Shown: positions 47,457 through 55,321 of the stretch, piece after piece | How the letters are laid out: each line of letters begins with the position of its first letter | Numbering within the stretch: position 1 is the stretch's first letter | IMG/VR virus record: IMGVR_UViG_3300048796_000029 | Span: 1 to 64,000 of that record | Direction: 5' to 3' (one strand) | DNA: 64,000 nucleotides | Source: a virus | Lineage: Duplodnaviria > Caudoviricetes | Translations under genes and position numbers: made by a program | Notes under the pieces: generated by a model | Seen by the model: only the letters and a program-made list of their open reading frames with translations | What the model was told of the DNA's origin: nothing | The model's database searches: none

Positions 47457-48295
47457 CTATTATCTCCTGATCCAGCGATCTTGTTGCGCTTTTGCCTGCT
47501 TGCTAACTTTTCCAAGTTTAGCACAGGGACGGTTGAGAAGTCAATGTCCAGTTCTCGGCACAGTTGACTAAGGTACCACAGTGAGTCACCGACCTCATGG
47601 GCAATGGCTTCTCGCGCTGCCGCTGGGAACTCACCCCCGTTGTCTCTGTATACCTTTTTTATTTTGTTGAGTAATTCCCCAATTTCTCCAGATGCGCCCA
47701 AGGCACAGTATATAACACCCATGAACTCCCCCTTGCCGGGGTACTTGGCGGTCATAGACGCTTTGTTCTGGTACTCACTAAAGTTTATGCGCTTAGGCAT
47801 GGAACGTCTATTATTGGATTGCTGTTTTGCGGTAGCCCACTTCACGTTACCCGGCTCATAATTACCGTTTACATCTTCTCGATCAAGGGAGAAATCAGGA
47901 CCGGGCCTTTCTCCCACATCAGAGAGAAAGTCCCAAAAGCTATCCTGCCAACGCTGGCACACAGTGATTCCCCTCCCTCCATATAGAAAGAAACCGGAGT
48001 CGGAACGGTTGGTGCAGCGATAGATCATTGCCTTCCAGCATCCGTAAGCTGGGTTTTTACTCTGCCCGTTCTTAGGGGCGTGGTTGGTTCTGTCCCCACA
48101 ATGAACGGACTTCTTGATGTTAGTACCAGACCTGACAAACCCTTTACCACACGTACAAGTGCAATTCCAGAATGTCGCTTTCTTGGTGATCCTGTTCAAT
48201 CCCTCAACCTTCACACTGCCGAACCTCTGACCTGATAGGTCTTGGAACTTAGGACTGCGTGTGTTTTGATCTCTAAAATATACTCCCTTACTCAT
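47453..48295 (-). CDS. HNH homing endonuclease fused in frame to a MazG-like NTP pyrophosphohydrolase
   Basis: N-part DLSGQRFG...SLDREDVNGNYEPGNVKWAT; C-part GEIGELLNKIKK...HEVGDSLWYLSQL. Confidence 0.78.
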   Translation of the reverse strand: MSKGVYFRDQNTRSPKFQDLSGQRFGSVKVEGLNRITKKATFWNCTCTCGKGFVRSGTNIKKSVHCGDRTNHAPKNGQSKNPAYGCWKAMIYRCTNRSDSGFFLYGGRGITVCQRWQDSFWDFLSDVGERPGPDFSLDREDVNGNYEPGNVKWATAKQQSNNRRSMPKRINFSEYQNKASMTAKYPGKGEFMGVIYCALGASGEIGELLNKIKKVYRDNGGEFPAAAREAIAHEVGDSLWYLSQLCRELDIDFSTVPVLNLEKLASRQKRNKIAGSGDNR

Positions 48296-48485
48296 GGTTC
48301 TCCTTAGTATCCTGCGTCGTCGAGGTAATCGGCCAAGTCCCGCACCGCTTCACTCAGACAGTAACCCGTGCCAGAGAACTCAAGAACCTGAGCGTCGGTG
48401 TGGGATACAGTTGTGGAGGCTACGAACTCGCCGTCGCGCTCCGTGATCTCGATAGGGGCTACGGTTGCCCTAGTGGATACGCCAC

Positions 48486-48968
48486 TCATTGTTGTACCGT
48501 GTAGAGCGACCACACCCTGCTCATATCGCCTGCGGCAAATGCCGCTCTGTCTGTGCCTCCGGGTGATGCTGGAATGTTTCCCAACTGGAAGTGCGGGTAG
48601 TCTTTGATGCTATGCCAGTCCCCACCCCAGACCAAACCCTCAGCCTTCATGAACTGCACCATCTGCTGAAACTCATGATCTGAGGGATTCCAGTCAAGCG
48701 CACCGGAGTCACCCGCGGTGAAGGGATAGCAGTCAACTGCCATGCCGAAGTTGTGCCACGAGTAGCCACCGGGTGCGTCCGTTACCTTTGGCCCCGGTGC
48801 GGTGCGCCCTTTAGCATAGTCGGCATCAGAGTCTTGGTAGCTGCGCACACATTGCGCCACCCTAAAGCCGTTGCCGATTGCGGAAAGCATCTTGTCATGC
48901 GCGGTCTTTACCTTCAGCGCCAGCGCAGGTATGCCAGCAGCCAATCTTTGTTCACTTAGTGGTTCCAT
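48486..48968 (-). CDS. Endolysin, M15-family peptidase
   Basis: RS...SWHNFGMAVD...WGGDWHSIKDYPHFQ. Confidence 0.85.
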   Translation of the reverse strand: MEPLSEQRLAAGIPALALKVKTAHDKMLSAIGNGFRVAQCVRSYQDSDADYAKGRTAPGPKVTDAPGGYSWHNFGMAVDCYPFTAGDSGALDWNPSDHEFQQMVQFMKAEGLVWGGDWHSIKDYPHFQLGNIPASPGGTDRAAFAAGDMSRVWSLYTVQQ

Positions 48969-49109
48969 TGATTCTCCTTACTATGTGGTCGCAAAAATGC
49001 GATCCACTGAGCCGGGCACCAAGGGCGAACGTCTCAGATGTGATTGCAGGCTTGGACTTCGGCTTCGCTTGCTGCCCCCAAACAGGGAAGGCAAGCAGGA
49101 ATAAAAAGA

Positions 49110-49412
49110 TTATTTTTTGCATGTCAGAAATTTTCCTCCTATATGTAAAGTCTCGCCACCAGATACCAAACTGGAGGCTTTATTTGTCGCTTGCTCTTTA
49201 GTCTCGTAGTTTCCGTAAAGAGCACCGTTTCCGCCCCACACCTCCCACGTACCATCGCGTTCAAGTTGAACTCCTGCGACCGTCATGCCGGTGCTATTGC
49301 AAACAAGATGATCTTGTTCGTCATACAACGGGTCTGGAACTCGCTTCCAATGCGTTGGGCCTGCCGCGCATCCAACTATGGCAAGCAGGAATAGTGCTAG
49401 GATTGGCTTCAT
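49110..49412 (-). CDS. Predicted lipoprotein
   Basis: MKPILALFLLAIVGC signal with lipobox. Confidence 0.65.
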   Translation of the reverse strand: MKPILALFLLAIVGCAAGPTHWKRVPDPLYDEQDHLVCNSTGMTVAGVQLERDGTWEVWGGNGALYGNYETKEQATNKASSLVSGGETLHIGGKFLTCKK

Positions 49413-49469
49413 TTTGTCTCCTTTGCTTCCGTATACTTCAGCTATGGCGAGGAGCACAGCGGCCTCCAG

Positions 49470-49757
49470 CTATGCTTCAGCCTTCGGAGCGGAACGGAAT
49501 GGGATGATCCCTTCCTTGTTGAGCTTGCGTGTTACCTTGCAAGACTTGCGGCACTGAGTGCAACGCCAGTGTCCCAGTGATGCCTTCCGATCCTCGAACT
49601 TCACGCCACGGTCGATGACACAGGCGTCTTTCTTTGCCAGTTCGCCGCAGCACTCAGACGTGTAAAGGAACGCCGGGGCGCGTTCGTCGCGCACCACAAC
49701 AGGGGCAGATTTACTTTTGCCCTTGCCCTGCTTCTTGCCTTGGTACTTGCTTGCCAT
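49470..49757 (-). CDS. Basic Zn-finger-like protein
   Basis: SECC...C...CTQC. Confidence 0.6.
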   Translation of the reverse strand: MASKYQGKKQGKGKSKSAPVVVRDERAPAFLYTSECCGELAKKDACVIDRGVKFEDRKASLGHWRCTQCRKSCKVTRKLNKEGIIPFRSAPKAEA

Positions 49758-49765
49758 GATTCTCC

Positions 49766-50731
49766 TTAGAACATCCTGTCGATGATTTCAACCAGATAGG
49801 CGGTGTTCACCTTCTCCGGGTCTTTCTCCTTCAGCCGCTCGATGAGTTGGACGAAATACGCTGTGTCCACACCAGTCAACTGATCCTGCAACACCCTGAT
49901 GTCAGTCAGGTCAAGCTCACTGACTTGCATCGACATCTTGAGAACCTGCCCAGCATTGATGCGCCAGCCGCGAGAGATGAACTTGCGCAGGCGCACCAGC
50001 GAACAGATGGGGTACTTACTGCCGACGTACCGAAGCTCCTTGGACAGGATGCTCTCCAGCGCAGCCGGGCGGAGCACAAGCTGGCCGTCCCAGTTCTGGT
50101 AGTACGACGTACAGTGTACGAAGTCGTAGTTCTCGTGAATCTCGTCCGGCGATCCGAAGAACCGGAGCACGATCTGAATCTTGTCACTCAGCGTGATGGC
50201 GTTGCCACTGAGGAACACCGGACGGAACTTGCCCTCTCCCTCTACACGCTTCGCCTCGATGCTTGCGTCCTCGTGTACATCCTCAATCTCTTCCGGGTTG
50301 TCCATGACGCGGGACACGTAGGCCGATCCTTGTTCGTCAGGGAATGCCTCGAAGTATTTGTACTCTCCTGCGGAGTTCTTGCCTTCATCCCCGGCGATGC
50401 CTGCGGACTTAGCCACGATTGCAACGCGGTCGTTGCCGCGCCAGTCTGGTTCGGTTGAGACGTAAAGCTCTAAGTCCGTCTTGTTGGTCTGCTTCTCCTT
50501 GAACTTGGCGACGTAGTATTCCGCCACAGCCAGCGCCGTCTCCCGGTTACGCAGGTAGATGTCGAAGTCGTTGACATCCTCACCTAGCAGCATCGACACG
50601 ATGCAACCGCCAGTCACGATCACGTTGTTCTTGAGGAGGGCTTTGACCTTCTCGTCTTCGACCGATTCGATCCACGCGTTCAGCTTCTTCGTGATGATGG
50701 CCTTGATGGTCTTCGCTTTGTATCCGGGCAT
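49766..50731 (-). CDS. Nucleotidyltransferase-like protein
   Basis: VTGGCIVSMLLGEDVNDFDIY resembles the GG...DxD Pol-beta/CCA-enzyme head; YDF.HC; RLRKFISRGW. Confidence 0.6.
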   Translation of the reverse strand: MPGYKAKTIKAIITKKLNAWIESVEDEKVKALLKNNVIVTGGCIVSMLLGEDVNDFDIYLRNRETALAVAEYYVAKFKEKQTNKTDLELYVSTEPDWRGNDRVAIVAKSAGIAGDEGKNSAGEYKYFEAFPDEQGSAYVSRVMDNPEEIEDVHEDASIEAKRVEGEGKFRPVFLSGNAITLSDKIQIVLRFFGSPDEIHENYDFVHCTSYYQNWDGQLVLRPAALESILSKELRYVGSKYPICSLVRLRKFISRGWRINAGQVLKMSMQVSELDLTDIRVLQDQLTGVDTAYFVQLIERLKEKDPEKVNTAYLVEIIDRMF

Positions 50732-50751
50732 TCGATTCTCCGATCTCTTTC

Positions 50752-50780
50752 AGTCTACCACTACGCTATGTTCTTGTCAA
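50752..50780 (-). promoter_or_regulatory. sigma70-type promoter
   Basis: Minus strand TTGACA-17 nt-TAGACT with GTGG before the -10. Confidence 0.7.
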
Positions 50781-51042
50781 GTTCCTCGATCACGCGTTTA
50801 GCTTTGAGCGAGGTCGAGTTGCCCAGCACGAGCTTCAAGAGGTCGAAGACGTGCCGGGCCTTACGAGGAAAGTTCTTCACTACAGCGGCGCGGAACGGGC
50901 GGTTGCGCCTGTCCGTCAGGATGGCTTTGTAGTTACCGCGAGTGGGTGTGCCAGAGGCATCGTTTGCGATGAACGCTTGCCCTAGTAGTCGGGCCTTGGT
51001 TTTGTCGCCTCTCGGCCATATCTCCACTCGCACGTAAACCAT
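50761..51042 (-). CDS. Hypothetical protein
   Basis: Coupled to the recA stop. Confidence 0.6.
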   Translation of the reverse strand: MVYVRVEIWPRGDKTKARLLGQAFIANDASGTPTRGNYKAILTDRRNRPFRAAVVKNFPRKARHVFDLLKLVLGNSTSLKAKRVIEELDKNIA

Positions 51043-52265
51043 TACTCAGCAGCCTCCGCCATCTTCGCCTTCTGGTCTTCAAGCTCGGCATCACGGATGG
51101 CCTTGAGAGCCTTCTTCACGCCTGCCTTGACCTTGGCGAACTTCTCTGGATCGTCTCGCAGCAGCGCGACCGTGTTGGCAACGCCCTGCGCAAGTCTCTC
51201 ACCATCGAAGTATATCCAACCTCCGCCCTGTTTGTCAAGTACACCGATCTTCACGGCGTAGTCAACCATGTCGGCGAAGCGATCCACGCCGACTCCGTAG
51301 ATGAGGTCAACGATGGTAGAGCGGAATGGGGCCGCGCCCTTGTTCTTGATGGCCTTGATCTTCATCTTGTGGCCGACCAGAACTTCTCCGCTCATGATCT
51401 CGCCGCCGTCCGTCTTCGACACGCGCCGGATGTCCAGCCGTACCGATGCGTAGAATTTCAGCGCCTTACCGCCGCTCGTGACTTCCGGGTTGCCGAAGCT
51501 CACACCGACCTTCTCCCTGATTTGGTTGATGAAGACCAGCTTCACGCCGTTGATGGCCGCGATGCCACGCAGCTTACGCATGGCCTGCGACATGAGACGG
51601 GCCTGAAGACCCATGTGGGCATCTCCCATCTCACCGTCAAGCTCCGCCTGCGGCACCAGCGCCGCCACAGAGTCGATGACCACGATGGAGACCGCCCGGC
51701 TACGCACCAGCGCCTCGACCGTTTCGAGCGCCTGCTCTCCCGAGTCTGGTTGTGCGATCTGAAGCATCTTCACATCGACGCCCAGCTTCGCCGCATAGTT
51801 CGGATCAAGCGCGTGTTCTGCGTCCACGAACGCCGCGAGGTTGCCAGCCTTCTGCTCTTCGGCAATGAACTCAAGCGCGATGGTCGTCTTGCCTGAAGAC
51901 TCAGGGCCAAAGATTTCGATGATACGTCCATCCGGCACACCGCCGATGCCCAACACGTCTTCGTCTAGCGACACGATGTTGGTTGGTGTGTGTGGAATGT
52001 CTTGGCCGATACGACTGCCCAGAGTCATGATGGAGTTGGTGATGATGGTCGTGTTCGTGCTGAACTGCTTGTTGAGCTTCGCGCGAACGTCGTCGAGCGC
52101 CTTCAATTTCTGCGCTAAAGACAGTGGGGCAGAAGTGACCGTCAGTGCTGCCTTGGCATCCTTCTGCTCCGCTTTGTGCTCTTTCTTCTGCGCCGCTATC
52201 TCGAACGGCTTGGGCTTCGCGGCAGAGTTAGTGACTGCCGCGAGAGCCGCGAGGGGGTTAGACAT
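51042..52265 (-). CDS. recA: RecA recombinase
   Basis: GRIIEIFGPESSGKTT, DSVAALVP, GLQARLMSQAMRKL, FINQIREK, GGKALKFYASVR. Confidence 0.97.
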   Translation of the reverse strand: MSNPLAALAAVTNSAAKPKPFEIAAQKKEHKAEQKDAKAALTVTSAPLSLAQKLKALDDVRAKLNKQFSTNTTIITNSIMTLGSRIGQDIPHTPTNIVSLDEDVLGIGGVPDGRIIEIFGPESSGKTTIALEFIAEEQKAGNLAAFVDAEHALDPNYAAKLGVDVKMLQIAQPDSGEQALETVEALVRSRAVSIVVIDSVAALVPQAELDGEMGDAHMGLQARLMSQAMRKLRGIAAINGVKLVFINQIREKVGVSFGNPEVTSGGKALKFYASVRLDIRRVSKTDGGEIMSGEVLVGHKMKIKAIKNKGAAPFRSTIVDLIYGVGVDRFADMVDYAVKIGVLDKQGGGWIYFDGERLAQGVANTVALLRDDPEKFAKVKAGVKKALKAIRDAELEDQKAKMAEAAE

Positions 52266-52872
52266 TCTCAAGACTCTCCTTGTACAAGGCAACAGTGCTC
52301 ATGAAGCGCAAAAAATGCTTCAAGAACTTAGCTCCACGAAGCTGCTTGATTAGTTCTGCCCCAACTTCTGTACCCTTACTCTGGTAGGCTTCTTCCACTG
52401 CCTTAGTAACTTCACCGAAGACTTGGAAATAAGATAACCAGCACTGGTCACAATTAGTATGACGCGGGCCGTTGTGGTCTGCGACCAGCTTGTGCCCACA
52501 GGGAAGTGGGTGGTGCTTGACGGTGAACTCCTTCAACATGCCGCGCTTGTACTCGGCCTTGGTGATGGGGATGATCGTGCCGTCCGTGGTCTTGCGGTAG
52601 TAGTCCGGCAGCTTGCCGTCCTTCAGCGGTGCGTTGGTCTTCTCGTAGACGAGTTCAGGATCAGCACCGGATGCGGCGTAAGCCTGCTCTTCCGCTACGG
52701 CGATGAGGTCGGCGGCCTGCGCCTGAACCTCTGGTGAGGGGAACAACTCCTGTTGCTCGGTCGGCGGATAGACCACGAGGTCGGACTCGGGCCAGTTCTT
52801 CGGATCGTACGCTTCGTTAGTCTCTGGCTGCACGGCGTCTCCTTTTCGCTTCGAGCTTCTTGCGGTTTTCAA
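52258..52872 (-). CDS. Hypothetical protein with Cys/His cluster
   Basis: CGH...CDQC. Confidence 0.6.
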   Translation of the reverse strand: MKTARSSKRKGDAVQPETNEAYDPKNWPESDLVVYPPTEQQELFPSPEVQAQAADLIAVAEEQAYAASGADPELVYEKTNAPLKDGKLPDYYRKTTDGTIIPITKAEYKRGMLKEFTVKHHPLPCGHKLVADHNGPRHTNCDQCWLSYFQVFGEVTKAVEEAYQSKGTEVGAELIKQLRGAKFLKHFLRFMSTVALYKESLENV

Positions 52873-53062
52873 TCACGGCCAGTTCAGAGGTCGTGAAGAC
52901 GGGCGGGATGAGACCGTACTTCTGTAACAGCATCCCACGCTGGACGGGTGTGTTGTCCTCGTCAAGCTCTGCGTTCATCTGCCTGCGAACATCTGCTAGG
53001 ATGTCCGGTGCTACTACCAGTGCGTCTATTGGCGTCACTGGGACGGTGTCTACTTCTGCCAT
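52817..53062 (-). CDS. Hypothetical protein
   Basis: GAGG RBS; 81 aa. Confidence 0.55.
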   Translation of the reverse strand: MAEVDTVPVTPIDALVVAPDILADVRRQMNAELDEDNTPVQRGMLLQKYGLIPPVFTTSELAVIENRKKLEAKRRRRAARD

Positions 53063-53134
53063 TTATTTCCTCGTCATCATTCCGGGTTATGAAGCTCTGT
53101 GGTTTGTTTGGGGACTTATATACATGACTCCCTT

Positions 53135-53368
53135 TCAGTCCCATGTCGATGCAACTGCATCAGGTTTACCGGGGTCAGTGCCCCAATCTGGATTCCAGTT
53201 GGCACGGATGCTCTCGGCGATAGTCGAATTTCCTCCTTGCTCCACAAACCGAGCTAACATCTCGCGCATTGCCTGTAATCCGTCGCGGAAAGCATCGTCC
53301 ATACGGGCTTCGGTGAACCCTCGACCCTCGTCAATATCGCCGTCATTGCCCCATGCTCCTAAGCTCAT
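53135..53368 (-). CDS. Hypothetical protein
   Basis: ORF in the operon direction. Confidence 0.5.
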   Translation of the reverse strand: MSLGAWGNDGDIDEGRGFTEARMDDAFRDGLQAMREMLARFVEQGGNSTIAESIRANWNPDWGTDPGKPDAVASTWD

Positions 53369-53461
53369 TGTCTCACGTCGCTTTCTCTCCCAAGGGAGTC
53401 ACGTATGTAATTCCCTTTGTTTGATGCTCGGTATTCTGGAGTGTTATACATTCCATGATTT

Positions 53462-53902
53462 TCACGAGGCATTTTCTCCAGCCTTTCTGCGCTCTACTCG
53501 GAAATAATTGAGCACCGGGCTGATTTTCTTAGCCAACAGAGCGGCACCAACCTCTTGCTCGATCTGTTGACGCGTCTTTGCTGAGAAGATCGTGTCATCT
53601 TCGTCGTAGATGTACGTCTTCATGAACCGCTCGTAGCTCGTCTGCGACTGCATCACGTCGAGAACAATCTTCTCTACGTCACAGAAGAAGTCAGAGATGC
53701 TAGGAGAGCACGGGTTCTTTGTTGCATGGGTGTCGTCGGAATACTCCAGCGCTCCCACAGGACTGCGAGTTTTGAATCGCAGGTAGTGACCTTGCAGCGG
53801 CTCGGGCTTGATGAACGGGTTGCCGAACACTTCCTCGAATGCCACTTTGTTGCGTTGGAACCGGGCCTTACCTTCCGCCCGACTCGTATTGCTATCTGCC
53901 AT
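53462..53902 (-). CDS. Hypothetical protein
   Basis: AAGGGGG RBS. Confidence 0.6.
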   Translation of the reverse strand: MADSNTSRAEGKARFQRNKVAFEEVFGNPFIKPEPLQGHYLRFKTRSPVGALEYSDDTHATKNPCSPSISDFFCDVEKIVLDVMQSQTSYERFMKTYIYDEDDTIFSAKTRQQIEQEVGAALLAKKISPVLNYFRVERRKAGENAS

Positions 53903-54209
53903 TTGCCCCCTTCAAGTTGAAGTCTGTGTAGAAGCTCTTCGCCATGTTTTCGAGATACTTCATCATCTCGTCTCCACGCTCTGCTTCCGGCCCTTCAATG
54001 GAAGCGTGGTCACGCGCTACGCTGTAGCACATCACCAGCTTGCCATCCCTACGTTCGATCCACAGCACCAAGTACCCTGCCGCGTCTTGCACATCCAGAG
54101 GATAAGGGATTGCCTCCCGGTTCTCCATGTCTGGATAGTCGATTCGTATTTTCATCGTTCTCCTTACGCCTTCAACAACCGCACAGGATTTAAGCCCATG
54201 CGTAACCAC
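53892..54209 (-). CDS. Hypothetical protein
   Basis: AAGGAG RBS before MKIRIDY. Confidence 0.55.
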   Translation of the reverse strand: MVTHGLKSCAVVEGVRRTMKIRIDYPDMENREAIPYPLDVQDAAGYLVLWIERRDGKLVMCYSVARDHASIEGPEAERGDEMMKYLENMAKSFYTDFNLKGANGR

Positions 54210-54445
54210 TGAGCAAACGCGTCGTCACACGAGACCTCCGACGTTGCCAAGAGACCGTCCGACTCGAAGCCGGAAACGAAGTAGTACCGCCCTTTGGGAT
54301 CAACCTCTGTCGAGTACACGCAGTCCTCGGGTTCGGTAATCACGTTGTCAACGACTGGCGGGGCTGCCAGCGGGTTTATCTGCTCGGGCTTTGCGGGTGC
54401 GCACCCTACGAACAGGAGCGACAGGAACAACAATACTTTCTTCAT
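54164..54445 (-). CDS. Predicted lipoprotein
   Basis: AGGAGG RBS; MKKVLLFLSLLFVGC lipobox. Confidence 0.65.
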   Translation of the reverse strand: MKKVLLFLSLLFVGCAPAKPEQINPLAAPPVVDNVITEPEDCVYSTEVDPKGRYYFVSGFESDGLLATSEVSCDDAFAQWLRMGLNPVRLLKA

Positions 54446-54806
54446 TCAGCCTCCTGATTAGTTTCGCTCTCTTCTTTGATCCAACCTTGCCCGGCGCGGA
54501 ATACCGTGGCGCTCCGAGTACAGCGGTGAACGGCGGGTTAGTCAAGTATGCTGCCGCCGCTATGATCTTGTCAATGTCATCCCTGAATCCGCCGATGGCC
54601 CGGTTACAATGCCAGCAAAGGAGTCCTCGGAGGAGTCCGTCTAGGTGCCGGTGGTCAATCGCCAACCGTGTCTTGAAGTCTGTTACTGGGCGCTTGCATA
54701 TGGCACAACGGTGCTTTTGATAGGACAACACCGCTTCGTACTCGGCTAGAGTTATATGGTATTCGCGTTTGAGTCGAGACTCTCTTGCCTTGTCCGCACT
54801 TGTCAC
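54348..54806 (-). CDS. Endonuclease VII-like HNH endonuclease
   Basis: CAIC...IDHRHLDGLLRGLLCWHCNRAIG. Confidence 0.85.
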   Translation of the reverse strand: MTSADKARESRLKREYHITLAEYEAVLSYQKHRCAICKRPVTDFKTRLAIDHRHLDGLLRGLLCWHCNRAIGGFRDDIDKIIAAAAYLTNPPFTAVLGAPRYSAPGKVGSKKRAKLIRRLNEESIVVPVAPVRRVRTRKARADKPAGSPASR

Positions 54807-55321
54807 TTCTTAGACTTTCGCTTCGGTGCCGGTACCTTGCGTGAAAAATAACCGAGGTCGATGAACCGGAAGTCACCCAGCTTACCCTTGCCGACGTTCC
54901 AGATGTGCAGGTCGCAATACTTGCCCATTGCCGCGCCCGCCAGCTTGCCCAGTTCGGCGACCCTCTTGTGGTCAGGCTTGGCGACCGCCCGATACTCTGG
55001 CATAAGGATCATCCCAGTCCGCGCATTGTACGCCAGAATCTCAGGCATGTAAAGCTGCATGTTCACGTAGCGCCGCTTCGACGCCATGATCCTGCGATAG
55101 GCCCGCATCTCACCTTGGGAATGCCTGCGCCCCTTCGCACCGATGGGCACCTTGACGACGAGTTTTGTGCCAACAATTCTGTAGACATTCCTGAACAGGC
55201 CGCCGCCGACGTACTTCAGCGTGTACCCGTGTTGCAGGAGGTCAACCTCGTTGCTCAGGTTGTAGCGCCGTACGGTATCTCGTACCGACGCTACATCCAA
55301 TTCCAGCTTCATCTTGACCAT
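54803..55321 (-). CDS. Protein kinase-like fold protein
   Basis: VGGGLFRNVY (Gly loop), VVK, CDLHIWNV (catalytic loop), FIDLG (DFG-like). Confidence 0.7.
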   Translation of the reverse strand: MVKMKLELDVASVRDTVRRYNLSNEVDLLQHGYTLKYVGGGLFRNVYRIVGTKLVVKVPIGAKGRRHSQGEMRAYRRIMASKRRYVNMQLYMPEILAYNARTGMILMPEYRAVAKPDHKRVAELGKLAGAAMGKYCDLHIWNVGKGKLGDFRFIDLGYFSRKVPAPKRKSKK

